In this document: positions 49,454-59,214 of the stretch, piece by piece
How positions within the stretch are numbered: the stretch's first letter is position 1
Layout of the letters: every line of letters begins with the position of its first letter
Source: an uncultured Methanosarcinales archaeon
Lineage (GTDB): Archaea; Halobacteriota; Methanosarcinia; Methanotrichales; Methanotrichaceae
Length of the DNA stretch: 64,000 nt
NCBI GenBank assembly: GCA_963843555.1
Contig: CAWJKV010000014.1
Location: forward strand, 32,001-96,000
Direction of reading: 5' to 3'
Notes under the pieces: model-generated
Database searches by the model: none
What the model was told of the DNA's origin: nothing
Seen by the model: the letters and a program-made list of their open reading frames with translations, nothing else
Position numbers and translations under genes: made by a program

Positions 49454-49732
49454 CTACATCTTTTCCATCATCTTTAGAGCATCTTCAAGCGGCAATGCAG
49501 GAGTTACGTGTGCTATTCCCAGCTCCGCGAAAGCATGTGTTATCCTCAGGATGGATTCTTCGCTTGGAGCTTCGAATATTGCTACAGAGATGTGCCTGCC
49601 GATAAGGAGATATCTCCCTATGACTTTTACTTCTTCTGGGAACTTGAATTCTCTCCAGCGCGCCAGCAGTTTTGCTTTATTTTCCGGTTTCCATTCGAAC
49701 CACAGTACAAACAGCATTATTTCATCTCCCAT
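49454..49732 (-). CDS. DUF3303/GYD-like small ferredoxin-fold protein
   Basis: FKFPEEVKVIGRY, IFEAPSEE, VTPAL. Confidence 0.65.
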   Translation of the reverse strand: MGDEIMLFVLWFEWKPENKAKLLARWREFKFPEEVKVIGRYLLIGRHISVAIFEAPSEESILRITHAFAELGIAHVTPALPLEDALKMMEKM

Positions 49733-49900
49733 TGAGTTATATAATGTTTATATGTTATAGATAGTCTATTAAACTTTCGGTGTAAATCGCATGTGAATAA
49801 TCAAACTTGATTATTGTTCGCGTTTGAAGTCAATAAAATTGCCTCATTAAAAAGTTATATATACCACTTGAGTTAACAATTGTGATCGGTGAGATGAAAA

Positions 49901-50180
49901 ATGAGGGATCGTTTTTGCTGACGCTGAATTCGAATCGCACAGCTCGAACCTAGACCGCTTGCCGCCATCGGCCAAGCTGGTTATCAAGGTTCTGGAATCA
50001 GGAAGCCTTTTGACCCAAAAGGAGATCATAAACAAGACCTACCTTCCAGCTAGAACCGTAAGATACGCCTTATCCAGGCTTAAGGAAGAGAACCTTCTCC
50101 TGCGAAGATTTTACTTCAGAGACGCGCGACAGAGCCTTTATGGCCTTAACGCACCCTCCCTTGAGGTGATGACTGCATAG
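49901..50180 (+). CDS. Small archaeal wHTH regulator (possible +1 frameshift at ~49906)
   Basis: LPPSAKLVIKVL...LTQKEI..T.LPARTVRYAL; upstream ATG 49901 is one base out of frame. Confidence 0.75.
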
Positions 50181-50322
50181 CTATAGCTATAACTTCATCA
50201 CATATAACACATATAACTAATCTTTTTTTAAAAAAAAATACATAAAAATGACTCGAAATGCCTTGTGCAATTTTATTTATCATGACATCCAGATAATGAT
50301 TGGAGAAGATGGGAGAAATGAT

Positions 50323-50622
50323 ATGGATCATATAAAGGTGCAGTTAACTGGAAAGCAGGCAGATGGATACGTGATACCTCTGGGGCCAGTAGGTCTCATC
50401 AACGTGGTTACAGATGTAGGAATGGTGGGCTGCGGGGCCTTCGATGTCGCGGCCCTAAACAACTTCGGCTACCCGGCCGCGAAGGTCAGGCCCGCGAAAG
50501 GTAGCTCGATTGCCACTATCGAGGACCTTCTGCAGGGCATCGTCAAGGAAGTGAATCCCAGTGCGGAGAAGCTGGGATTGAAGGTTGGACTAACCGGAAG
50601 AGAAGCTCTCGAATTGCTTTAG
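50323..50622 (+). CDS. YunC/DUF1805 family protein
   Basis: GMVGCGAFDV, AAKV, TIEDLL, GLTGREAL; poly-T terminator follows. Confidence 0.85.
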   Translation: MDHIKVQLTGKQADGYVIPLGPVGLINVVTDVGMVGCGAFDVAALNNFGYPAAKVRPAKGSSIATIEDLLQGIVKEVNPSAEKLGLKVGLTGREALELL

Positions 50623-50667
50623 GGCATTTTTTTTTCTGAAACTGAGCGAATTCCTGGCACGGCTTGC

Positions 50668-51120
50668 TTACATTCCAGTCAGGTTCTTCACGTATGTGTT
50701 CATTTCCTTAACTTCTCCAATCACGTCTTTTACTTCCCATTTAATCTCCTTGACATCCTCTTTTATAGATTTTATGTCATCTTTCATCTCCAGAAGGATG
50801 GGTACAGCCTTTTCAACTATTTGGAATGTGGCAAAAATCTTGATATACTCTTCTATCCTCATCACCTCTCCTTCGTAGTCCTCTGTGACAGTATTTGATA
50901 CAATTGCTCTCGCTGGGGATTTTGTCTCGGCAAGCTTCCTGAAAGCATCAACCTCCTTCTCACCTCCATCTACTATGATCATCACTTGCTGCTCCTTCTC
51001 TCCTTCGAAGTTGTAGGCCTCGAACATTTTGATGCTGCATGCTATGGCTTTATTCATCAAAAAGTGCCTGTAGTCCACATTATGAACTCTTGGGCCATTG
51101 ATTACAATTTTGAGCTTCAT
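50668..51120 (-). CDS. Acylphosphatase-like domain + coiled coil
   Basis: GPRVHNVDYR...AYN; MKDDIKSIKEDVKEIK heptads. Confidence 0.75.
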   Translation of the reverse strand: MKLKIVINGPRVHNVDYRHFLMNKAIACSIKMFEAYNFEGEKEQQVMIIVDGGEKEVDAFRKLAETKSPARAIVSNTVTEDYEGEVMRIEEYIKIFATFQIVEKAVPILLEMKDDIKSIKEDVKEIKWEVKDVIGEVKEMNTYVKNLTGM

Positions 51121-51286
51121 TATCCTTTTTGATTGCAGTTTTAGGCAATAATCGTTTTGGATTGCCTGGCAGCAGTGTGGGCTGGATGGCTACATATTTT
51201 CTATTTTTCGCTTAATCCAGGCAAGTTTTGCCTTGATGCGAGTCTTTAAGGAGTTTTGCAGTAGTAATAGAAGATGGTGACCTAAA

Positions 51287-51470
51287 ATGAGGTTTTATGT
51301 AGTTCCCTACACCGATACGACCAAGAGACTCCTTTTTTGAAGCAACCGGATTAAAGCGCGATTCTGTCATAAAGCTAAGCGTGTTGATAACCTTAAGGAA
51401 TGGTTCATTGATGGACTTTCGGAGATGTTGACAGCACTCTGAAAATTGAGATCAATGCGAAGCCTGGCTT
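51287..51470 (+). pseudogene. Possible MazF/PemK toxin relic
   Basis: VVPYTDTTKR and, in another frame, ATGLKRDSVIKLSVLITL. Confidence 0.3.
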
Positions 51471-51617
51471 CATGTTACAGACTCTGATTTACAAAATAGT
51501 GTCAAAGATGCAAAGCCTGGTCTTTATTTTCTGGATGTTCGGCCCAACAGTGTAAGTTCCAATTCCCGGTTCCTGGACTCGATCTCGGAAAATTGCATTT
51601 TGCTTACTGCTCATTAC

Positions 51618-51670
51618 GTTGAGGCACCACGCGCGCAGGTGTTACGCGCGGGGGAAGGGGGCACCTCAAC
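51618..51670 (+). repeat. GC-rich palindromic element A
   Basis: GTTGAGG...CCTCAAC ends with an internal CGCGCG hairpin; inverted copy at 52869-52915. Confidence 0.7.
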
Positions 51671-51759
51671 GCCGGGCAGGTTTGGTAGGATTTAAGGTGG
51701 TTATCTATCGGATATGGAATATATTTAGATCGTATTCTAAAGCCGAAGCCCCAAATGTT

Positions 51760-52122
51760 TCAGCGATATCCACTGACATTACCATTTTCTGCCGAAGGAC
51801 CCTCATCAGAACCGCTCAGAAGGTATGAATAATTTGGAGCAATTTTCTCCAAGACATGTGCCGCCTTATCATATGCCTGGTCATGATGATCAAACCACAG
51901 GAATACGATTTTATCTCCAGCGATCATATAGACGATGACAAAGGGATTGATGTGAACTCCCCCTGTCATCTTCAATCTGTGCTTTTTCGGCACCCCTATT
52001 TCAGGGTTAATAAGTATTTGATCGATCTTCTTGATCGCCTTCTCTCGCAGAGCCTTATCTTTTCTGGTTAGCTTCTCGAACTGCTCGGCAAAATCTGGAA
52101 CGAACTCATATTCGAATTTCAT
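51760..52122 (-). CDS. RelE/ParE-family toxin
   Basis: F..QFEKL...KKIDQILINPEIG...VHINPFVIVY...FDHHDQAY. Confidence 0.8.
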   Translation of the reverse strand: MKFEYEFVPDFAEQFEKLTRKDKALREKAIKKIDQILINPEIGVPKKHRLKMTGGVHINPFVIVYMIAGDKIVFLWFDHHDQAYDKAAHVLEKIAPNYSYLLSGSDEGPSAENGNVSGYR

Positions 52123-52136
52123 AGAAAAGACGATAG

Positions 52137-52331
52137 CTAGAGGTTTCGAAGATAATTCAGGAAATCCTCTTTATCCTTAAATGTCTTGCCGAGACCTGCT
52201 TCAAACTGCTCTATCCCCTTTCGTATATGGTCTTCAAATTCGGCGAGCTTTTGCGCCTCTTCATCTTTTAGGTGCTCTTCGTTCTCATGGGCGTTTCTCG
52301 CTTGCTTTGCATTAAGGCAATCTGAGCACAT
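52137..52331 (-). CDS. Putative antitoxin
   Basis: Small acidic ORF just upstream of the toxin; IRKGIEQFEAG.GKTF. Confidence 0.65.
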   Translation of the reverse strand: MCSDCLNAKQARNAHENEEHLKDEEAQKLAEFEDHIRKGIEQFEAGLGKTFKDKEDFLNYLRNL

Positions 52332-52868
52332 TGTCTATTCGTTCTCCGTATCTTTGAGGTCTGCTGTGACCATTAACATGAACAGCTTGATACATGAACT
52401 TTTCCAAAGACCTCAATGGATTATCCAGCGTCTATCCATCCCGTATCAAAATGTTCATCCACCGTATGTAATCGCCCCTGTCCTCCTGCAATCCCTGGAT
52501 CGAGATATTGACCCCTGGATTTAGCAATATTTCGATGAATGTTTTGCATGTGGAACTCGAATGCGGTTTTGTACTTCGATTCCAAAGCGGGCGAGGGAAA
52601 TCGGTGTCGCCCAGCTATCAGGGCATCTTTGAGCAAGAGACATGCCTGAACCGGTTATGCTGATCTTTTCAGCGGGCACTGCGTGGGGTTTATGCGCTGG
52701 CGGGTTCCGGCACCGGATTATGGCTCCCTTAGCTCTCTGGAGCGCCGGGAAGTCTTGGATAGATTGGCTCTTGCGGAAGATCGGTTAGTGATTGATCAGT
52801 TTCTTGTCTATCACATTCGTGCTTTTTTCCGGGGTGCCGCGAGTCGGCCTGCTGGCCTCCCGCGCTAT

Positions 52869-52915
52869 GTTGAGGGCGCCCCTTCCCACCCGCGCGTTTC
52901 ACCGCGCGCGGCCTC
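52869..52915 (-). repeat. GC-rich palindromic element B (inverted copy of A)
   Basis: Reverse complement GAGGCCGCGCGCGGTGAAACGCGCGGGTGGGAAGGGGCGCCCTCAAC. Confidence 0.7.
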
Positions 52916-53219
52916 CCGGCAGAAAAAGCAACAGTAGCAGATTCGATTCTTCCCAAATCGTATCCTCGATAGTGAAATACGGAGTGGAGGGACGGAGACC
53001 GAATCATCATCATCCGTCCTGAAGTGGAGTTGGACGCGCGCGGTCTGCCCGCAAAGCCAGCAACGAGAGCAGATGGGTACAGAATGCAACCGACTCGATG
53101 CCGCAAGAGATATTTGGATGCAAAGAGATTGTATCTAAACGCTCCTCTGATCGATGATTTGCATACAGATGAAGCCTGTAAAAGTTCTTTAGCGGTATTC
53201 TCCTATTCTCTTATCTTTT

Positions 53220-53456
53220 TCATTTCTTCAATTTTTTAATTATTGCCAGTCGTGCTCCGCATTTGGCGCAGTCGCCACGCTTTATGTTGCCCTCCATCCT
53301 GATGTTTCTCATTCCGGCTTTGGTATCCTTGCAAACAGGGCAATGTGGTCTACCATGGGCTCTTACCCATTCATCCAGTTCGTCTTGATAGATCACCCAT
53401 TCACCTTCGATCTCAGCCCAGTTAAGATCAATTAATTCCGTCGTATGGATCACCAA
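53220..53456 (-). CDS. Small Zn-ribbon protein
   Basis: CPVC...CAKC; overlaps the upstream stop. Confidence 0.65.
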   Translation of the reverse strand: MVIHTTELIDLNWAEIEGEWVIYQDELDEWVRAHGRPHCPVCKDTKAGMRNIRMEGNIKRGDCAKCGARLAIIKKLKK

Positions 53457-53881
53457 TCTCCGCCACTATCCCAACCGTCGCCTCCGAAGTCAGAACCTGA
53501 GTCATATCCCGAGTCATATCCTGAGTCATAATCAGAGTCATAACCGGAGTCAGATCCAGAATCATAGTCCGAGCCTGAATCGAAGAAATCTCCGTAGCTC
53601 GATTCACCACCAGAGCTGGATTCATAAAAGTCTCCGTAACTCGATTCGCCCCCTGAATCGGTTCCAAAAAAATCTTCGTAGGATGTTGTTCCTTGTGAAG
53701 ATTCTCCCTGCTCATCGGATGATGGCGAATTTGTATAATCCGACGAGCCAAAATCAATACCGCTATCCCCTTGAAAATCTGCAGTACTCCTTACGGTATC
53801 ATGCGGTTTTATGAAATAAAATGAGAGAGCAATTATTATCAGGATTGCTGCAATCAGGAGGATCTTATTTAATTTATTCAT
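53450..53881 (-). CDS. Membrane-anchored low-complexity D/S/G/Y-rich protein
   Basis: N-terminal TM; SGGESSYGDF x2; DSGY/DSGS/DSDY repeats; GGDGWDSGGDW end. Confidence 0.7.
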   Translation of the reverse strand: MNKLNKILLIAAILIIIALSFYFIKPHDTVRSTADFQGDSGIDFGSSDYTNSPSSDEQGESSQGTTSYEDFFGTDSGGESSYGDFYESSSGGESSYGDFFDSGSDYDSGSDSGYDSDYDSGYDSGYDSGSDFGGDGWDSGGDW

Positions 53882-54318
53882 ATGGACAACCTTCAATATC
53901 AATAATTATTGAATCTCGTCAAGCTCTCGCAGTACCCAACCAGCAGGTGAAATCTATTAATATTTAATGGTATTATGAGCATATAAACTTTTTTTTGTGG
54001 AAGCAGTTTCTGCTCTTGCGAAGATATGCACCATAGCAGGAAAAAAAATGCCTTTGCGTAGCAAATGAATCCGATACAGATAGAACTGCAGGCTTTTTTA
54101 AAAGACATCGATCCCACTCTGCCGTACTTGACAAAACCTGGCTCAGCAAGGCCAATCCGAACATCAGCCGCTCACGCCCAATTCTCCAAGCCCGCCGGAG
54201 TTGACGATGCTCCGTTCTTCCCCCGTGCGCATCACCCCTGCAGGAGATATATAGGAAAAATTTAAGAAGTTAGGGTGAGAATCATGGGATGAGAATCATC
54301 TCGAAAGGAGTCTCCTCC

Positions 54319-55227
54319 ATGATAAGCCCATCAAGGATTTCCAACCTCATCTTGCTACTTGTGTTGTCGCTGGCAACACAGAATTGCATCGGAATGGACT
54401 ACAGAGAAGAGAAGGACCATAGCATAGCGGAAGTTGAGAGAGTTCCCGTGGGAGATATCAACATCTCTTACAAAGTCCTGGGCCAGGGAGACCCGATAGT
54501 GCTGATCATGGGCTCCGGCTCAACGATGGATATGTGGGACCCTCGTTTCCTCGATAACCTCTCCTCCAAATACAAGGTAATAATATTCGACAACCGGGGC
54601 ATGGGAAATACCACAGCGCCACCAGGGAATTTTTCTATTGCACAGTTTGCCAATGACACCGCAGGCCTTATGGAAGCCCTGGGCATAGAAAAGGCGCATA
54701 TAATGGGCTGGTCCATGGGTTCGTTCGTGGCTCAGGAGCTGGCCATCCGCTACCCCGAAAGAGTGAATAAAATCATTCTATATGCAGGCGATTGCGGAGG
54801 AGAAGAGGCGGTCATGCCTTCCCCCCAGGTTCTAAAAGATCTAACCAATACCTCGGGTTCCCCGGAAGAGAGAGGCATGAGGCTATTCAACCTGCTCTTC
54901 CCAAAGGATTGGCTATCCGGGCAGCCGGCCTTCTATGAGTGGTTCCCAATACCCAAAGAGACATCACTTCCCGAGAATATCGAACGCCAGGCCCAGGCCA
55001 TTGCAACGTGGCCCGGCAGCTTCGACCGGCTCGGCTCGATAGAGTCTCCCGCCCTTGTAGTTACCGGCACAAAGGATGTCATAGCCCCTCCTGAAAATGC
55101 GTTTATTCTGGCCCAAAATATGAACGCCTCCTGGCTGGTCCAGTTCGAAGGGGCAGGCCACGGCCTGATGTATCAGTATCCTGATCGGCTTGCCAAGGTT
55201 GTCGCAGACTTTATCGAGCTGTCCTAG
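54319..55227 (+). CDS. Secreted alpha/beta hydrolase
   Basis: FDNRGMG, GWSMG nucleophile, GTKD, GAGH. Confidence 0.9.
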   Translation: MISPSRISNLILLLVLSLATQNCIGMDYREEKDHSIAEVERVPVGDINISYKVLGQGDPIVLIMGSGSTMDMWDPRFLDNLSSKYKVIIFDNRGMGNTTAPPGNFSIAQFANDTAGLMEALGIEKAHIMGWSMGSFVAQELAIRYPERVNKIILYAGDCGGEEAVMPSPQVLKDLTNTSGSPEERGMRLFNLLFPKDWLSGQPAFYEWFPIPKETSLPENIERQAQAIATWPGSFDRLGSIESPALVVTGTKDVIAPPENAFILAQNMNASWLVQFEGAGHGLMYQYPDRLAKVVADFIELS

Positions 55228-55353
55228 GAAGAGATATATAGATGAGAAAGATTGTATTTAATAAGAGTTGCGGGTAACGCTGAACAGGAAGATTCTCTTT
55301 CGATCTGGATCGCAAGAAAAACTTATAACCCAAGCCACATATCCATCATAACA

Positions 55354-56010
55354 ATGAAGCGACTGACGGCTACGATCTCGGGCAGAGTGCAAAGAGTCGG
55401 CTACCGGGCCAAAGTGCTCTCCATGGCCCAGGAGCTGGGCCTGACGGGCTTTGTCCAGAACCGGCCTAATGGCCAGGTTCTCATAATCGCAGAGGGTAAC
55501 ATGGCGAATTTGGAGAGATTGGCCTCTGCAATACAGATCAAAAATGCCCTCATCGACGTGCAGAGCGTTGAATCTGAGTTCACAAATGGATCTGGTGCCT
55601 ACTCAAGCTTCCGCAAGGTGACAGGTCCAGAAGAGGTGGGTGAGCGACTCGACGATGGCATAGAAATATTGAAGGAATTGGTCGTGGGCGTCAGGGAGAT
55701 AGCAACTAGCGTGAATAATCTTACCGCGATAACTGTCAAAGGCTTTGGGGATTTAAATGGAAAGATGGATCAGATGCTTGGCAAACAGGATCAGATGATC
55801 GATAAGCAGGATCAGATGATCGATAAGCAGGATCAGATGATCGATAAGCAGGATCAAATGCTGGATAAGCAGGATTCAACCATTGGAGAAATCCAGGGAT
55901 TGAGGGTTGACATGAAGAGCCATCTGGATCAAAGGTTTGATCGTATCGAGGATTATCTCTCCGAGCCAAAAGAGCGGAATACTGCCTTCAGGGAAAAAGG
56001 TACCGGCTAA
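55354..56010 (+). CDS. Acylphosphatase domain + heptad-repeat coiled coil
   Basis: GRVQRVGYR...GFVQN; TATA (CTTATAA) about 26 nt upstream, probably leaderless. Confidence 0.85.
   Translation: MKRLTATISGRVQRVGYRAKVLSMAQELGLTGFVQNRPNGQVLIIAEGNMANLERLASAIQIKNALIDVQSVESEFTNGSGAYSSFRKVTGPEEVGERLDDGIEILKELVVGVREIATSVNNLTAITVKGFGDLNGKMDQMLGKQDQMIDKQDQMIDKQDQMIDKQDQMLDKQDSTIGEIQGLRVDMKSHLDQRFDRIEDYLSEPKERNTAFREKGTG
55768..55872 (+). repeat. 5 x 21-bp tandem repeat (DQM[I/L][D/G]KQ)
   Basis: GATCAGATGATCGATAAGCAG x3 exact, flanked by two variants. Confidence 0.95.
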
Positions 56011-56528
56011 TGAGAACTGATAGGCGAGGGGCCGCAAAATATTGAGGAAGCATTTTCCGATTCAGGCGTCTCTCTCTTTCCAGGAAGAGATAGTTGAGAA
56101 CATGCGCAGTATGCGCGTCGTCGGTGCGAGGGAGGAATCCGAGCCATATCCCACCCACCCGGCCTCCCTGACGTGGATAAGGCTATGCCTCTGGAAGAAT
56201 GCCTGGATTGCTTCTGGCAAAAGGGAAGTCGGCTTGATTCTCTGGAAATAAATCCTAGAAGACCGGAGGTGGAGAACTCAGTCTTAAAACGGCTCGGAGA
56301 TGCACCGTTCACTATCCGTCAGGCCAATTTAGCCGTCTTGCTATCAAAGGCTTATGACATAGCCAGTTGCTCCGCGCTCCAGAAGGCAGAAGGTTAATAC
56401 AAAACAGCAACCTTCCAATTGCCAACAGGCTATAAATAGTTCGAAAACCAACTTTGTATGTATCTGTATCTAACCAAACCAAAAAGCTCAATTATCGACC
56501 ACAAGCCAAAAAAAAAGGAGAGTATGAT

Positions 56529-57224
56529 ATGGGTTTCTTAGATCGTATGAGCACAGTTGTGCAGGCAAAGATGAATAAGATCATGGACAGGATCGAAGAC
56601 CCCAGGGAGACCCTGGATGTGTCCTACGAAAAGCAGCTCCAGCTTTTGCAGAATGTCAAGAGAGGCGTCGCCGAGGTCACCACCTCCAAGAAGAGAATCG
56701 AGCTGCAAAAGGCCAAGCTGCAGATGAGCATCGACAAGCTGGACTCCCAGGCAAAAGAGGCCATCCAGGCGGACCGCGAGGACCTGGCAAGAAAGGCTTT
56801 GGAAAACAAAGCCCTCCTGATAGCCCAATCTAACGCACTGGACCAGCAGATCGCAGACCTGAACGAACAGCAGCAGAAGCTGATGGCCGCTGAGAGCCGC
56901 CTGGCAACGAAGGTGGAGGCCTTCCGCACCAAGAAGGAGACCATCAAGGCTCAGTACTCGGCAGCCGACGCCCAGGTCAAGATTACGGAGTCTGTGACGG
57001 GCATCAGCGAAGAGATGGCCGACGTGGGCATGGCCGTCCAGAGGGCGGAAGAGAAGACCGAGAACATGAAAGCCCGCTCCGCAGCCTTGGACGAGCTACT
57101 GGAATCTGGAACTCTGACCGACCTCTCAGGTGGCGACGAGATCGAGAACGAACTGGCCAAGGTCAAGGCCAAGAGCACCGTTGAAGATGAGCTTGCCAAA
57201 ATGAAGGCGGAGATGAAGAAATGA
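56529..57224 (+). CDS. pspA: PspA/IM30 family protein
   Basis: MGFLDR...EDP.E.L, EDLARKAL, ARSAALDEL. Confidence 0.92.
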   Translation: MGFLDRMSTVVQAKMNKIMDRIEDPRETLDVSYEKQLQLLQNVKRGVAEVTTSKKRIELQKAKLQMSIDKLDSQAKEAIQADREDLARKALENKALLIAQSNALDQQIADLNEQQQKLMAAESRLATKVEAFRTKKETIKAQYSAADAQVKITESVTGISEEMADVGMAVQRAEEKTENMKARSAALDELLESGTLTDLSGGDEIENELAKVKAKSTVEDELAKMKAEMKK

Positions 57225-57499
57225 TTGTCAGGATCCTGGGAGAGGGTCAGTTCCGGCTGGATGACAATCAGATCAACAGGGTCAACAAGATCGACAATCA
57301 GATAGTTGAACACGTCCAAAAGAGCAATAAGGCCGAGTTTCGCCGGGATCTGGCCAACCTGATCTCCACAGTCAAAGAGCTGGGCGAACCCCTTGACCCG
57401 GTCGATATCATTCCTTCGGACATAATCATCCCTCCAGAGGACCTCTCCCTTGAGGAGGCCAGGAAGGTCTTTTGCGAGGAAGGCTTGATCAAGGGCTAG
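57221..57499 (+). CDS. pspAA: PspA-associated protein PspAA
   Basis: MIVRILGEGQF...PSDIIIPP.D...EGLI; ATGA coupling with pspA. Confidence 0.85.
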   Translation: MIVRILGEGQFRLDDNQINRVNKIDNQIVEHVQKSNKAEFRRDLANLISTVKELGEPLDPVDIIPSDIIIPPEDLSLEEARKVFCEEGLIKG

Positions 57500-57558
57500 A
57501 AAGACCTGGCCGGGCGAAATCCGGGCCCCTAATTTTTTATTCTCTATTTTGGATGATA

Positions 57559-58122
57559 TTATGAATACTCTCTTTTTTCCTTCATCTGCTCCATAAAGGA
57601 CCGCCATTTTCTGGCGTCTTCAACCTTTTTCCTGATCATCTCTTCCTGAGCTTCCGATTTATTTCTATTTTTCAGGAGATCCTTCAGATCCAGAATCGCC
57701 CTGATTATTCCTGTGGTTTCTTCATGAATCCGCTTTGCCTCACCGTGAGTCAATTTCATTTCCTTCAGCAGGTTCTCATCATATCTCTCTTTCGACCCGA
57801 TAACATGAATCAACTCCTCTATCTCTGATCTCTCTTTCTCGGTAAGGTCCGTCTTATGTATCAACGTCCAGATGAGCGCTTGAAGATCCACTGTTCCATT
57901 TTTTATGTGCACTTCAGGCGGCTGATCCTTTTCCGTAAGACCGTGCTCCTCCATCTCCTTGCTAAGTACGTCTCTGTCCACATTGATATTCTCAGGAATC
58001 TTCACACCCACCCATGCACAGGCCAGATGCAGATCAGACAGCAAGCACTTGCGCTCCTCCTCTGTGAGATAGGCGCCAATATCTTCTGAGATATCCTCTA
58101 CAATATTTCTTCTGCCAGTCAT
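57559..58122 (-). CDS. DUF5788-like archaeal protein
   Basis: LH..AWVG..IP, GIIRAILDL, VEDARKW. Confidence 0.65.
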   Translation of the reverse strand: MTGRRNIVEDISEDIGAYLTEEERKCLLSDLHLACAWVGVKIPENINVDRDVLSKEMEEHGLTEKDQPPEVHIKNGTVDLQALIWTLIHKTDLTEKERSEIEELIHVIGSKERYDENLLKEMKLTHGEAKRIHEETTGIIRAILDLKDLLKNRNKSEAQEEMIRKKVEDARKWRSFMEQMKEKREYS

Positions 58123-58135
58123 ATCAGGTTCCTGC

Positions 58136-58435
58136 TTAGAATGTATAGATTCGACTGCCCTCTGAAATCATTTCCTCCATCAGGAGCTCGTAGAAGTTCT
58201 CGAGAATGGTAGCTTTCTCCCCTGCCTGCACTCCTCTTGCCTCCAGGTCCTCCTTGCAGGCCAGAATCCTATCTCGTGGTAGGGTTCCGAGAGTCTCCTC
58301 CTCAAGCAAATTGTAGACCCCGTCTCCGGCCATGTACAGAACCCCATTTTCCGCCAGCCTCATGAGATGGAGACACAGCTCCGTTCGGTCACTATGGGGC
58401 GGCTTGGTCAAAAGGAAGATCTCTTTTTTCTCCAT
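58136..58435 (-). CDS. DsrH/TusB-like sulfur-relay subunit
   Basis: LLTKPP, LYMAGDGVY, EDLEARG. Confidence 0.85.
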   Translation of the reverse strand: MEKKEIFLLTKPPHSDRTELCLHLMRLAENGVLYMAGDGVYNLLEEETLGTLPRDRILACKEDLEARGVQAGEKATILENFYELLMEEMISEGSRIYTF

Positions 58436-58462
58436 TGCTTCACCTGTTATACTTCGCCTGTA

Positions 58463-58804
58463 TTACAGCATTATGATGCAGTCCGCTGCCTTAATCCGAT
58501 CCATGAATGCGTCCTCATCCATAAGCTCCACCCTCTCGATCAGACCCTGGTTCATAAGGCCTCTCTTTGCCAGGGAAGGCTCGTGAGCCAGGACCCGTAT
58601 CTCCGGGTAGGCATAAATCATGTCGGAAAGGTTCGGCACTCCCAGAGCCCTGCTCTCCTGGCCGGCCAGAGCGAGGAAGACGCCCTCTGCATAAAGACCC
58701 AGAGTCACATCCATCTTGAGGCTCACTGCTGCCAAATTTAGCACTCCGTAGGCCTTCTCGCTGCCATAGGGCGCACTGTCAAGGAGATAGAAGACGGATC
58801 TCAT
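58463..58804 (-). CDS. DsrF/TusC-like subunit
   Basis: APYGSE, EGVF..L.GQ, SLAKRG. Confidence 0.82.
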   Translation of the reverse strand: MRSVFYLLDSAPYGSEKAYGVLNLAAVSLKMDVTLGLYAEGVFLALAGQESRALGVPNLSDMIYAYPEIRVLAHEPSLAKRGLMNQGLIERVELMDEDAFMDRIKAADCIIML

Positions 58805-58822
58805 CTCGACCTCATCCCGACC

Positions 58823-59191
58823 TCATCCCGAAAGAGCAATTACCCTGTCGCTCTCTTTCAGCATCTCGGCCAGATCGTAGAGGCTCGTGATCTTTATCCC
58901 CGGGTGATAATCCGGGCAAATGCCGTTCTCTTTTCCCTGGTAGCCTCTGGCTGCAGCACACCTGGCACAGGCCCTGACCACAGCTCCCTTCCCGGCCAGC
59001 TCCTGAAATAGCAGGCCCGCATTTCCAAAAAGGGAGGGTTTCTGCCCGAGCTTTGGTATATGCACCGCATCCAGGTAAAGAAATATATTCACCTCGCATC
59101 TTTTCAGAGCAACTGATGCGATCTTGTAGGCCATCTCCGCATATTCTGAGATGTAGGGACCGTCCGTGAGGATGATAGTCAGCGTCTTCAT
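58823..59191 (-). CDS. DsrE/TusD-like subunit
   Basis: ILTDGPY, IFLYLDAV, ACARCAAARG. Confidence 0.85.
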   Translation of the reverse strand: MKTLTIILTDGPYISEYAEMAYKIASVALKRCEVNIFLYLDAVHIPKLGQKPSLFGNAGLLFQELAGKGAVVRACARCAAARGYQGKENGICPDYHPGIKITSLYDLAEMLKESDRVIALSG

Positions 59192-59214
59192 GACAAGAGC
59201 CACTCCTTACTCCC

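Noticed and set aside
52332..52379. In-frame TAG upstream of the antitoxin (MLMVTADLKDTENE*TM) as pyrrolysine
   Set aside because: No pyl genes are visible; a downstream ATG start or a nonsense change explains it.
55768..55872. 21-bp repeats as a CRISPR array
   Set aside because: No spacers, in-frame coding repeat, and no cas genes.
58807..58831. 11-bp tandem duplication at the dsrE/dsrF junction
   Set aside because: It only duplicates the stop/RBS spacer; both ORFs remain intact.
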